A stretch of DNA of 64,000 bases from the NCBI GenBank assembly GCA_964016885.1, contig OZ024741.1:111724001-111788000 (forward strand), given 5' to 3'. A model generated the notes under the pieces. The model was not told where the DNA came from. It searched no databases and saw nothing but the letters and a program-made list of their open reading frames with translations. The stretch comes from Eledone cirrhosa. Its lineage: Eukaryota. Positions 1-16,568 of the stretch are shown here, one piece after another. A program made the translations under genes and the position numbers. Within the stretch, counting starts at the first letter, position 1. Every line of letters begins with the position of its first letter.

Positions 1-68
1 ATATATATATATATACATATATACATATACACTTATATACACACATATACACACACACATATATATAT

Positions 69-330
69 GTACTTTCATGCTTTCGCAATCTTCAGATTCA
101 TAATGTGTGGTGACAGTGAAGTTTGCAATTTTCAACAGTTGAAAATTGCAAACTTGACTGTCACCACACATTATGAACCTGAAGTTTGCGAAAGCATGAA
201 AGTACTTGTTCAATTAACACTTAACATTTAATATTCCACCATACTATTTCATTCTAATACCATTATAAATTTTAAAGGATTGTAAATAAAACGAGTAAAT
301 CAGACAAAGTTGGAATTCCTTTTATTAATA
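69..330 (+). mobile_element. HHR family A non-coding element, fold-back palindrome (arms 69-135 / 138-205) in (TA)n
   Basis: Palindrome centred on TTTTCAACAGTTGAAAA; same sequence at 16690-17060, 39910-40350 and 63851-64000; TA tracts on both sides. Confidence 0.8.
174..212 (+). ncRNA. minimal type I hammerhead motif, family A (A9T variant)
   Basis: TGAAC CTGAAGT TTGC-GAAA-GCAT GAAA GTAC TT GTTCA; antisense copy at 69-100 has an intact CTGAAGA core but is truncated. Confidence 0.6.
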
Positions 331-495
331 TGTATATATATATATTTTTTTTACTATATGTTTGTTGTATACCAACACCTGAGTATGCAGATTGGAGCAC
401 TCGGCGAAGTGCGCAGGTTGGTTTGGTTCCTCCGGAGTAATGTAAAATAAAATAAAATAAATAAGTCAAATGTTTAAAATTTAGCTTCGTTTATT

Positions 496-550
496 ACTGC
501 TATATATATTTCGGTGACAGCCATCTTTGGCTGTGACCTCTTCAGGCAGT
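496..550 (-). ncRNA. type I hammerhead ribozyme motif, family B
   Basis: Reverse complement of 791-845. Confidence 0.8.
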
Positions 551-790
551 CCGAATTAGTGTGGTATAGACAAGTACATATGTTGTTGAGGTGTATTGTA
601 TATCTTTGTCAATACTCTGATATGCCCAGTTCCTGGTTGGGTTGTTATTTCACTGAGGAACTGGAATCATATCATATGACTCCAGTTCCTCAGTGAAATA
701 ACGACCCAACCAGGAACTGGGCATATCAGAGTATTGACAAAGTTAGACACCTCAACAACATATGTACTTGTCTATACCACACTAATTCGG

Positions 791-845
791 ACTGCCTGAA
801 GAGGTCACAGCCAAAGATGGCTGTCACCGAAATATATATAGCAGT
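791..845 (+). ncRNA. type I hammerhead ribozyme motif, family B
   Basis: ACTGC CTGAAGA GGTCACAGCCA-AAGA-TGGCTGTCACC GAAA TATATA TA GCAGT: stem I ACTGC/GCAGT, full core, palindromic stem III, AUA triplet. Confidence 0.85.
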
Positions 846-1027
846 AATAAACGAAGCTAAATTTTAAACATTTGACTTATTTATTTTATTTTATTTTTTA
901 TATATATATAGATATATATCTATATCTATATATATATATAAATTTATTCCAACATATACATTTATATAGAAATAAATAATCACTTTCACTCGCCTACACA
1001 CACAGATATAAGCACACAGACACAGAT

Positions 1028-1150
1028 GGTATCGGTAGAGCGTCAGACACCGTGCTTTCCAGCATAGAGTTACGGCCCTTTGCGGTCTGAGTTCAAATCC
1101 CGCCGAGGTTAACTTTGCCTTTCATCTTTCCGGGGTCGATAAAATAACTA
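1028..1150 (+). mobile_element. tRNA-derived SINE, truncated
   Basis: GAGTTCAAATCC B-box-like motif plus CTTTGCCTTTCATC...GGGGTCGATAAAATAA core shared by many copies. Confidence 0.8.
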
Positions 1151-1163
1151 TATATATATTTAT

Positions 1164-1224
<61 letters not shown>

Positions 1225-1485
1225 GTAATTTATAAGTAAGGTTACAGTTACTTCTAATTTTCCCTACAAGGCGAAACTGTAATCCTACATTATATATACT
1301 ATGGTTACATACACAGTCTCATACATACATAAACACATACATGCAGAGAATATGAAATTGAAATTTTCCAATAAATATTGAAATGAACATAGACACACAC
1401 ACACACAGACACATATATATATATATATGTACATATACATATACACATTCACACACAAACACACGCACACACACACACGTATATG

Positions 1486-1549
<64 letters not shown>

Positions 1550-2148
1550 CCAACCCTTGCAAGCAGAGAAAAGCGGACGTAAAATGATGATGATGATGAT
1601 GAAAACGCACACACAGAAACACACACACACACACACACACACATACAAGTCCATGAGTGTATGTGTGTTTACACAAATATAAAGATATACTCATATATAA
1701 CATTCGAAGACAAATACAAACACATACACAGCATATTGTTATATATACCAACAAACACATAGAGATATACACAAATACACATAAAATCTCAAAACACATC
1801 CTATACATGCATGCATAGACAAACATATATACATAGACACACGTATATGCAAATGTGAATATGGAGCTATTTAAATTTTGTCATATATGTCAGGTAATTT
1901 CCAGCTGATTTCCTCCAGCTATATGTTACTGCAGTTATATTAATGCAACCCCCTCTCCTTCTTTCTCTCTCTCTCTCTTTCTCACTTTCTCTCTCTCTGC
2001 CTCTGCCTTTATCAATATATATATATATACGCACATAACTATGTATATTTCTAGCTATCTCTCATCTCTCTTCTTACTTAGAATCTTCTATGCATCTTTT
2101 ACTATAATTTTATTTCACTTTCTCCATCATTGGCTCCCATTATCTCAA

Positions 2149-2238
<90 letters not shown>

Positions 2239-3149
2239 TTATTCCAGCATATACATTTATGTAGAAATAAATAATCACTTTCACTCGCCTACACACACAG
2301 ATACAAGCACACACAGACACACACACTATCACACACACACTGACTCAAACACACACTCACACACACAAATACACATATATAAATATTAATGGATGGCTTA
2401 TTGAAGACATTATTGTTATGATATCCTAGAGCACAAGGTATCCTGGCCTTATTAAAGTTAACAACAAATTCAACCTTACTCACCCCACCCTATTAATCAT
2501 TGGACATTTCACCGTTAGTTTTTTTTTTATTATATAAATATTGTTAACTCATTAACAATCGTCTGCAAATATTCAAATATTGTTAAACCATTAAGAAGCA
2601 ACTGTAAATGTTTAAATATTGTTAAGCCATGAACAACTATCTGTAAATATATGAGAAATTATTCTTGATAAAGGCAATATTTATTGAAATGTTGTTGTTG
2701 TTTATCTAAAGTGAAGGCAACAATGATAGAAAGGTCCCATCCAGAATAACCTTATCTTTTTAGTGCTACGTAGGACTTCATTATCAAATGAATCCTTTTT
2801 CCGAAGACAGTAGGATGTAATTTGAGGAAGATTTGACGGCTTTTTCAAGTAAACAAGCTGATCATGCAAATACTCCCACATTCTTCAGTTCTATATTATG
2901 TCTATTGTAATTTCGGGCGATGTTGATCATGAACACTTTACATACACTATTGTTTACAGTTGAGATTTCTACAGGAAAAATACGTTATATTTTATATTGG
3001 TGTAAAATGCCATCGAAGATCATGACATGCCCAAGACAATGATGAGCTCTGTCAGGATACCATGATTTTAATGAAATACACAGGCATTGTGTTTCGAATT
3101 TGTGAAAATAATAGTTTGGAGGAATTTGGTAACATGAATGTGCAATGTA

Positions 3150-4502
3150 TAACATGACAAGACATGTGCAATGTAAGGCAAACATACATTATACCAGACA
3201 AGACATGTGTAATGTAAAACAAGACATGTGTAATGTACGGTAAGGCAAGATATGTGTAATGTAAGACAAGACATGTGTAATGTAAGACAATATATGTGTA
3301 ATATAAGACAAGATATTTGTAATGTAAGACAAGGCATGTGTAATGTAAGACAAGATATGTGTAATATAAGACAAGGCATGTGTAATGTAAGACAAGATAT
3401 GTGTAATATAAGACGAGATATGTGTAATGTAAGACAAGGCATGTGTAATGTAAGACATGACATGTGTAATGTAGGGTAAGGCAAGACGTGTAATGTAAGA
3501 GAAGACATGTGTAATGTAAGACAAGACATGTGTAATGTAAGACAAGATATGTGTAATATAAGACAAGATATGTGTAATGTAAGACAAGACATGTGTAATG
3601 TAAGGAAATACATGTGTAATATAGAGTAAGGCAAGACATGTGTAATGTAAAACAAGACATGTGTAATGTAAGGCATGACATGTGTAATGTAAGACAAGAC
3701 ATGTGTAATGTAAGACATGTGTAATGTAAGACATGTGTAATGTAAGACATGCGTAATGTAAGACAAGACATGTGTAATGTAAGACATGACATGTGTAATG
3801 TAAGACATGTGTAATGTAAGACAAGACATGTGTAATGTAAGACATGACATGTGTAATGTAAGACAAGACATGTGTAATGTAAGACAAGACATGTGTAATG
3901 TAAGAGAAGACATGTGTAATGTAAGACAAGACATGTGTAATGTAAGACATGACATGTGTAATGTAAGACAAGACATGTGTAATGTAAGACAAGACATGTG
4001 TAATGTAAGACATGACATGTGTAATGTAAGACAAGGCATGTGTAATGTAAGACATGGCACGTGTAATGTAAGAGAAGACATGTGTAATGTAAGACAAGAC
4101 ATGTGTAATGTAAGACAAGACATGTGTAATGTAAGACATGACATGTGTAATGTAAGAGAAGACATGTGTAATGTAAGACAAGACATGTGTAATGTAAGAC
4201 ATGACATGTGTAATGTAATGCAAGACATGTAATGTAAGACAAGACATGTCTAATGTAAGAGAAGACATGTGTAATGTAAGGCAAGACATGTGTAATGTAA
4301 GGCAAGACATGTAATGTAAGACAAGACATGTCTAATGTAAGACAAGACATGTGTAATGTAAGGCAAGACATGTGTAATGTAGGGTAAGACATGTGTAATG
4401 TAAGACAAGACATGTGTAATGTAAAACAAGACATGTGTAATGTAAGACATGACATGTATAATGTAAGGCAAGACATGTGTAATGTAAGACAAGACATGTG
4501 TA
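3150..4502. repeat. 21-bp minisatellite (ACATGTGTAATGTAAGACAAG)n, about 65 units
   Basis: Direct inspection; explains the periodic 7-aa ORFs. Confidence 0.95.
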
Positions 4503-6009
4503 AAAGAAGTCTTTAGTGTTTAGTAATATTATTAGAAACAAAGAGAGGTTAGTAGCTGAAAGAAATAAGTAATCGATTAAATGACTTGTGATATTTAGTT
4601 ATAATCCAAATTAGGTTACTTTTAACTTTTCACAAAAGAATTCGTAGAAAAGTTCAGTGAGTTGATCTGCTTTGAAGAGTGGAGGCAAAATGTTTAACGT
4701 TTTGGACATTGGTTCTTTTTCAAAGGCAGATAATTGAAAGGTTTATCGCCTAAGCTGCAACATTGCGGACAAAAAAATGAAAGAAGTAAAGGACTGTTAA
4801 ATACAATTCAGTCAATAAACCATTATAACGTGGTGCGTGTGTTTGTATATTTAAATATATCTACTTCTGTAACTCTGTATACATTACATATACACATATA
4901 CACACATACAATGCATTTTCTATATCAGCCATGTTGCTTTAATAAGAAGTTTGCTTTTCCATCAGAAGGTACTGGTCTCTAACGCTACATTTGTTTCTGA
5001 AAATAGTTATTTCTCCAAAGTTACTCATACATTTCATTTCTGTGTATAATTTATTTACAAGATATAATTATATAAATGTTTAACATATATGCTAAACAAT
5101 TATATAATTATATCTTGTAAATAAATTATCAAAATATAACTCATATCTTTAACAACCGTCAACATGTCAATAATCAGCATAAACTGTAGGGTTTCTCTCA
5201 TGCAAACCATTAATTTATCAAAGCTTAAATTTCCCAGTTTGTATGATTACTTATATATTCGGTAATCCTAGCAAATATGGCATACCAATCCTAGACTCCA
5301 AAAATTAAATACAGTCAATGCCGGCATTATTGGCGGCACGGTCCCACTAGTGATATAAATACATTTGACGAGAACAACAAATTTAATAACTTTCTAAAAA
5401 TAAAGTCTAGAAAATTGCTTAGCAAATAGCTAGGGAATATTTTTACAATAATGAAATTGTCTGAAAGAACATAGGTGAAAAAACAAACAAACACAATTAC
5501 TTAGTTTGAAAATAGTGAAAGCTGTTTTATATTGCTGAAATATAATTCCAGACATTTCTATTGTAGATTTTATTGTTGTCTTAGTTTCGTTGTGGTCACT
5601 GTTGTTGTATCTGTGTAATACAGTTCCAGATATCTTTGTTTGTACTTATGAGGAATATGCACTTGGATTCTTTAATGCTTTCATCGCAGTGAAATCGTAT
5701 GCCAATTAGTATTGGTTTTCAATAAACGAAAACAGGAAATGAAATCATTTTGGGGGAATGTCTATTACTGGAAAATGCTTTCCTGGATTGCTCACTGCCA
5801 TAAACAATATCTTTATGCTTTTACCATAGTGATCATTACTTAGGAACCGCAAATATATATATATATATATAATACTATTTATGGTTATGTATATACTATA
5901 AACAACTATAAACAGGAAGGTCAGTAATTTCTTAATTCCCTTATCACCAGTAAGAGAAATAGCTCAATGTATGACCATCAGTTGTTTTACAGAGCAGGAA
6001 AATAAATAA

Positions 6010-7497
6010 ATTATACAATTATCAAAGTTGTGTTGAAATCATTTAATAGCTGACAATCGTTTCTTCCGAACTCTCGTTTGGAGTCATCGGAGCATTATCA
6101 ATATTTGCACATATAATTAACCTCCTATTCAACTGAACAATAATATAGATGCGTATAAATTGATGTTGTGAGCAACAGTTTCATATTTACAGGGTGGAAT
6201 GGATGTGACATATATTTTACGAGAATTGTACAATAATTGTACAAACATTCAAGTCTAAATTCAAATTGAAATTAAAAATTATATTAAAATCAAAAGCACG
6301 GAGTGGAATACATGCAACAGTTAAAACAAGGGAATACTCCAAATATTAAAGAGGCATTGAGGAAGTAGTTTTGAGAAAGGAAGAGTGAAATAACAATTCA
6401 TATGCAGGCGTGTGGATAGTGCGACTGCGTAAGTCATATACATGAGAAGGAGACAAGCAAAGCTATTATGCATATACAGAGTTGAATAAATACTGCACTT
6501 TAAGCAAATATGTTAATGTATTAGGATCTATGGTGTATGTTGAATGTTGATGGTGTTCGAATTAATGTGTGTTGAGAAACATACAGTTTTTGCAGACTTT
6601 TCCATGACATATGTTGAATTAAATTTTAGTTAATGTTTATATTGAATGTTTTAAGTTAGTTAGAGCAATGGATTGTAAATTAGTCTTAATGAATTCATAT
6701 TCATAGACTATATTTGATCAACCGTTAAATTTTCAATCGTTAATTTCCGGAAGCGAATAAGGGGAGCTAATGCGTAAGGGGAGGTAACTAGCTAATTATG
6801 GTTCAATTCAGTTATTAAAATTCTTTGTTCTAATGCACAATATAATGTGATACCATTGGATCTCTGTTACATAACGCTGTATATTTATGCCTGATTTTAA
6901 ATTGAGTGTATTCTACTATCATACATTAAAGGTCTCTTTAGATTGTTATCTATTCATTACTGGACAAGGTATATGTTATGAAGGATTATACAGCTGTTAT
7001 TATGTCATAGTAGATATGCTATATGTGTAATAATATAATCCCTAATATACAATGCTATTACATTTTATATTCAATTATAAATGTATATATACTTTATTAT
7101 TATTATGTTGTGTAATTTAAGCATTTAATTATACATGCACATATAGTTTATCATCACATATTACATTAAATGTCTCTACATACCAAGTGCCAAATATCCA
7201 CTACTGTATATGATATAATTAATATATTGTAGTTATATCACAAGGTGGTAACTCTATGTCTAATTCTAACTATTATTGCAGAGCATAAGGTTATAGATGA
7301 ATAGGAGTTGTGTAGAGGAAAGAGTTGGTCGAAACTGTTGCTCACAACATCAATTTATACGTATCTATATTATTGTTCAGTTGAATAGGAGGTTAATTAT
7401 ATGTGCAAACATTGATAATGTTCCGATGACTCCAAACGAGAGTTCGGAAGAAACGATTGTCAGCTATTAAATGATTTGAACACAACTTTGATAATTG

Positions 7498-7503
<6 letters not shown>
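6010..7503. mobile_element. element bounded by ~172-bp inverted repeats (6010-6182 / 7331-7503) carrying HHR-like motif family I
   Basis: Arms are reverse complements; right arm abuts (TA)n; motif CCGATGA...GAAA CGATTG TC AGC at 7420-7464 (+) and 6049-6093 (-). Confidence 0.7.
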
Positions 7504-10852
<3,349 letters not shown>

Positions 10853-10909
10853 TATATCACAACTCATGTGTGACACCTCTCTCTCTCTCTCTATATATAT
10901 ATACCTCAG

Positions 10910-11787
10910 CGAATAATGGGAATAGAGGATTTGGAGGATTTCTTTTTTGTCAAACCCATGACTTCTAAATACCTGATCCACTGAAACTCAGCTGTTTCGG
11001 ATCACACCAAAAACAACATACTGATTGCGGATTTAGTACGGGTGATGAGGAATGTGTCCCGCATGTGCAACCCCAAATAACTAGAGACACACATACAACA
11101 CTTCATCCACCGTATGCAGTTCTCTGGTTACAATCAGTGAAATAAAACTAGAGTATATAGAGGAGCCAGAACCAAATGAGAAAAAATGGTAAATAATGAT
11201 ACAAATGGGACTTGCCCCTTGTATAGGAGAACATTTTGGAATAGAATAGGAAGAACTGGGTATAAGGTTAATAGAATAAACTCATGGTATGATATCAATA
11301 AATACCAGAGTGTACTGTTATCAATACAACCCCTAGAGGTGAACTAGCTTACAAATTTAGAAGGGCCCTAGATAAACTTAAACTAAATATTAAGATAGTG
11401 GGAAGACCAGGTACCTCCATAAAAACACTTATTAGTAATACATACCCTTTTCAAAGACCTCCCTTTATAGATAAGAAATGCATAATCTGTAAACTAAGCC
11501 CCCATATTAACTACAAAACTAGAAAGAATAAGAATATAGTGTACATAGGTGAGACAGCTCGTTGTATAGGAGAACGATTAAATTAACACTGGCGAGAGCT
11601 TCAAGATAGAAAAGAATCATCAGTACTCCACCAACATGCTAATATAGAACATTAGGGCAAATGAGAGACATAGAAAAAAATAAAATCTACACACAGAAAA
11701 GACGCAATGTTTAGGCAAATCACAGAGGCAATAAACATAAATGAACTCCAACCAAAATTAAATAGAAAACAAGAATGGAATAGCAAC
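10910..11787 (+). pseudogene. Penelope-like element ORF remnant (RT thumb + GIY-YIG endonuclease)
   Basis: Translations FFVKPM..SAVS..LVRVMRNVS, HRMQFSGY, NIVYIGETARCIGERL, RQITEAINI, LNRKQEWN; stops and frameshifts. Confidence 0.8.
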
Positions 11788-12143
11788 ATCACAACTTACA
11801 ATTAAGGACAAAATGAAAACACACACACATAGAACAAACAACCAACTAGTAACATGTAAATAAAAAAATAAAAACACACACAGACACCCGGATGTAACAC
11901 ATGCGCAAACTAAGCACACAACACACAAACACAAGATGGCGTAGGACAGAACAAAGGAGAGGCACAAAACAAAGAAAAGAATCCCCAGTCACTGAAGAGG
12001 TCACAGAATATGTGACGAAAGAACTTTGACAACTGTCCGGTTGTGGAAATTTACAAATTTCCTAAATTTATAATTTATAATAAATTGGAGTGAAACAACT
12101 GGTGCGTGTGTTTCTTATTGGCAACATGACCCTTCCAAAGTAT

Positions 12144-12150
<7 letters not shown>
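11788..12150 (+). mobile_element. pseudo-LTR of the PLE (family C), ending in (TA)n
   Basis: Directly follows the GIY-YIG remnant; solo copies at 39580-39832 and 51421-52070. Confidence 0.8.
11988..12030 (+). ncRNA. minimal hammerhead motif, family C
   Basis: GTCA CTGAAGA G GTCACA-GAATA-TGTGAC GAAA GAAC TT TGAC. Confidence 0.7.
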
Positions 12151-12227
<77 letters not shown>

Positions 12228-12772
12228 GTATGTATGTATATAATGATGAGCACATATAATCCTTCCATTTTGAATTTCGGTGGGTTAGTGTTACCAGTGA
12301 TTGATTCTAGACAGTCAAGTCTGCACTGCATGTAAACAACCTTTCAACAAAAATGGCTTACAAAATCTGTAAGATTTTCAAGTCTTCAATATTTCAGTAT
12401 CATTAAATATGTAAGTATCAGCTGATGATGGACAATATTCCTGAAATGCATGTATGCAGCTCTCTTACATCGGTACTGAAATAGGTGTGACGTGATCACA
12501 GCTTAAAATATTCGCAGCGAGACTATATCTCTGAAGACCTTCTGCTGTCCTGCTCTCCTGAGTGTTTCATACCACTTCTTATCACGTATATGTTTCCATA
12601 TATGCATCTATCTCTGGGTGTATTTAAACAATTTACTTGTAATATGTCATTTAAATCTGTCAGACCGTCTTAGTACAGTGGCCTATGCTGTTGCTTGGTA
12701 AACAATATATATGGGTATCGATTCCTGTAATCTGTTCTGTCATTTTGCGTGTATAAATGACTTATTTAAGAG

Positions 12773-12980
12773 TGGTGGATTGGCATTATCGGTAGAGTGA
12801 CGGATAAAATGCCATTGCAACATTTGTCCTGGCTCATTCTGAGTTCAAATCTTACCAGTTTTTATTCTCATCTTTTCGGGATCGATAACATAAAGTACCA
12901 ATCAAGTACTGGGGTTGATGTAATCAACTTTGCCCTTACCCCAAATTTGTTGGCCTTGTGTCTAAACTAGAAATCAATAT
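12773..12980 (+). mobile_element. SINE, diverged
   Basis: Same head, core and tail as the other SINE copies. Confidence 0.75.
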
Positions 12981-13734
12981 GTCGGTGAAATCTACTCACC
13001 TAGTCTCTTGTTGATCATGGACCGATCTTAAACTTTGAAAGATTAACTAGAAATTTAATTACAATGGAGGTTGTTATCTAGACGTTGCGTAACACGATAG
13101 AGCAGTTTATGCTTGAAGGTTCTATCCTTATAAATAGACTCTGTAGAAATTTACATTGACATTACAATCCAGAATTTCGATGTTTTTATCCATATGTTCA
13201 AAACAAAACAAAAACAAAATAAGATTTGGTATTAAAAAAAAACACTGTCAACATGTGTAACTTATGCATAATTAAAATTATGTTCTAAAATATTCGAATA
13301 TCTGATTTAGAAAAATAGTAAAATAAAATTTTCTATTCCCTAGAGGCTGAAGTTTTAAAAGTTCTTGCATTTAATCCAGAGTTTGAAGCCTCCCCCCCCC
13401 CCCGAAAATTCGTTAGAATATAGAGTTATTGATGTGGCTTAATAAATGCAATATGTTGCGTGCAACATACCATAAAAGATATTCAGCAAACAACATGCAT
13501 CATACAAACGTGCAGGCTGCAGCAAGCAAATGAAATTATTATAATGATTGCAACAAAAACAGCACGGATATCATTAACAACAGCCTCAATACCATCAATG
13601 CAATAACACTAACAATATGGAATATAAAATATACACCATGCAGCTTAAAGCAGGTAACTGTAATTGCAGAATTAATTATAACAACATTTTTAAAGGCGGA
13701 TTAGTAAAGTTGTTAATCACAACATAATAATTAA

Positions 13735-13920
13735 CGATTTCTAAATTTGGTACAAGGCCAGTAATTCTAGGGGGTGGCATTTCGATTATATTAACCCTAG
13801 TTATTTTATTTTATTTATCACGGAAGGATGAAAGGCAAAGTTAACCTCGGCGGGATTTGAACTCAAAACGTAAAGAGTTGGAATAAATACTGCTACGCAT
13901 TTGTCCGACGCTGTAACGTC
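13735..13920 (-). mobile_element. SINE
   Basis: GGATGAAAGGCAAAGTTAACCTCGGCGGGATTTGAACTC. Confidence 0.75.
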
Positions 13921-14664
13921 TATAAATAACAAGAAAAACAATAGCAATAAGAAAGATAATTGTAATGTCCAGCAAATGGTTGTGTCGGTGAGAATTCCTC
14001 TTTATAGCCACGTAACTATAGGTTCGATCTCACTACGCAGCACGTTGGAGCTAGTGAGTTCTGCCACAGCCTCGGAATGATAAATAGAGGAATTAGACGG
14101 AAACCCTTAGATGAACACACACTATTATACACGCACTTTCCACACACATGTATGTACCCTCCCCCCCATAAATGTATACATGTATACATATATATATTGT
14201 CCATCTATTAATGAAAATGATCTGCAAGGTTAATAAGATTAACCCGAAAAGTGTGAAAAGAAAGCATGTAATTCTAACATTGCTTAAGAAAGTGAAATAA
14301 TACTCCGTTTAAAAAGAAAACCCGAACGATAGAACGACCGGATATAACATAGATTCTTCAAACTTTTATAACATTAAGAAACAAACGGACTAGTTAACGC
14401 AATTCAGAGACATGTAAAGATGATGTATAGCAAATATTAAAAATATACCAAAACTTTCAGAACTAGATCTAATGTTATTTACAAGAATTCAGTATAAAGT
14501 GTTGAGTGAATTCCTTATTTCATGGTAAATAGTCATTAAAAACGACAAACAATTCCATTATGATACAAGCTCTGTGGAGACTTGAGTGTTTTTAGTCGGC
14601 CTGTTTAGAAAATTTAAAATACGAGTTGTCAATCATAAATTCGGGATACTGAAACTGTTGAAAG

Positions 14665-15305
14665 AATTGGCAGTATCGGTAGAGGGTCGGACACCATGCT
14701 TTGACGCATAGAGTTACGGCCCTTGCCATTCTGAGTTCAAATCCCGTCGAGGTTAACTTTGCCTTTCATCCTTACGGGGTCGATAAAATAAAGTACCAGT
14801 AATGTACTGAGTAATTGCTGGCCTTGTGCCAAAAGTAGAAACAATTATTAAATACTTGACAAGGGCGGTGGATTGGCAGTATCGGTAGAGGGTCGGATGC
14901 CATGCTTTGCAGCAAAGAGTTACGGCCCTTTATGATCTGAGTTCAAATCCCGCCGAGGTTAACTTTGCCTTTCATCCTTACGGTGTCGATAAAATGAAGT
15001 ACCAGTCACGTACTGGGGTCGACTTAATCGATTTTCCCCTCACCCAAAATTGCTGGCCTCGTGCCTAAATAAGAAACCATTATTAAATACTTGACTATAT
15101 GGTTTCGGATTTGAATATATAATTAATTGTTTATACTTTTGGCATAAGACCAGTAATTACCCAGTACATTACTGGTACTTTATTTTATCGACCCCGTAAG
15201 GATGAAAGGCAAAGTTAACCTCGGCGGGATTTGAACTCAGATCGTAAAGGGACGTAACTCTATGCTTCAAAGCATGGTGTCCGACTCGCTACCGATACTG
15301 CCAAA
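14665..15305. mobile_element. cluster of three SINEs (14665-14850 +, 14863-15085 +, 15125-15305 -)
   Basis: Shared core; middle copy flanked by direct repeat ATTATTAAATACTTGAC (TSD-like). Confidence 0.85.
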
Positions 15306-15356
15306 TTACTGCTAAATTACACACGCGCACACACACATCATATATATATATATATG

Positions 15357-15476
<120 letters not shown>

Positions 15477-16371
15477 CGTGCGTGCGAGTGCGTGAGCGTG
15501 TGTATGTGTATGTATATAAATGGAGATTTCCGATAAGATTTGACTAAACGAATTGATTGGAAGCCCAATGTGGTGTTACAATAATTAGCCATGCAAATCA
15601 AATAAATCCGATGTAAGGTCCAGGAAGTAAGATCCTAAAAATTGAAAAGTAAGAAGCATCACAGCGTCAACATGAGAAAACACAGGAGAACAATATAATA
15701 CAAGGATAATATAAATATTAGTTTAACGCTTGATGTAGTAGGAAAAATCTCTTAAAATATCGGTGATGACATAATATGTCGATTCGTTTGTTTACATTAC
15801 GTCTACCACTTACAAAGGATTGCAGTGAATATGTGTACAAGCTAAAAGAGTGCTACGGTTGTGAATCTACTTCTCTTTACAAAAAAGTGATCTTATTTCA
15901 AATAATCCATTTTTTGCAGATTCCGAATCTCTGGAGTTTAAAACGTAAGAATATAAAAGCCGTTTTTTTTAACGCATGATAAAAATATTGAGGTATTTCT
16001 GTCAATTTTTTTATATTTTCTGACTTATTTTCAATTTTGCTTTAAGACGTGTTTCACAATATAACCCTGTCATGAGTTGTAAATATTAGAATTTATTATT
16101 TGAGTTATATCAGAAAGGGAGGTATTATGAACAGACAGCAAATCAATTTTAGATAACCTGGAGGTAACATAAAATTGAGGTTATTTTGAAATCTTTATAC
16201 CGGTGCGTACTAAAAGACAGAAATCAGACTTGGTATATTGCCATCGTAAAAAAAATAAAACAAAAAAACCTCAAATGATATGACATCATCAAAGAGGGCG
16301 TCTCTGAATCTATTAACTGTTCTATTGTTGCTCCTACTTCTGGTGATCACGATGATAATCATGATGGTAAT

Positions 16372-16556
16372 AATTGTTTCTACCTTTTGGTACAAGGCCA
16401 GCAATTAACCAGTACATTACTGGTACTTTATTTTATCGACCCCGTAAGGATGAAAGGCAAAGTTAACCTCGGCGGGATTTGAACTCAGATCATAAAGGGA
16501 CATAACTATGCTAGAAAGCATGGCGTCTGACCCTCCACCGATACTGCCTATTCACC
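16372..16556 (-). mobile_element. SINE
   Basis: Same family consensus. Confidence 0.85.
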
Positions 16557-16568
16557 AGGTAATAATAA

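Larger units (their letters stand above)
445..895. mobile_element. HHR family B fold-back palindrome (arms ~445-666 / 681-895)
   Basis: Near-perfect ~215-bp inverted repeat with ~14-nt spacer, next to TA tracts. Confidence 0.85.

Noticed and set aside
652-697. CTGAGGA...GAAA at the family B centre, and CTGAGGA at ~63820
   Set aside because: The motif is paired inside the palindrome; no stem I or stem III
941-2320. ~85-bp direct repeat at 941-1025 and 2236-2320
   Set aside because: Local microsatellite-flank duplication with no further structure
3052-4497. 481-aa Cys/His-rich ORF; array as a possible CRISPR
   Set aside because: Pure 21-bp tandem repeat with no unique spacers and no cas genes; eukaryotic context
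6185-6610. Possible piggyBac C-terminal remnant (GGMDV, Cys-rich)
   Set aside because: Too degraded to support by eye
14863-14955. SINE heads as tRNA genes
   Set aside because: A/B-box-like motifs only; no cloverleaf, and they continue into the SINE core
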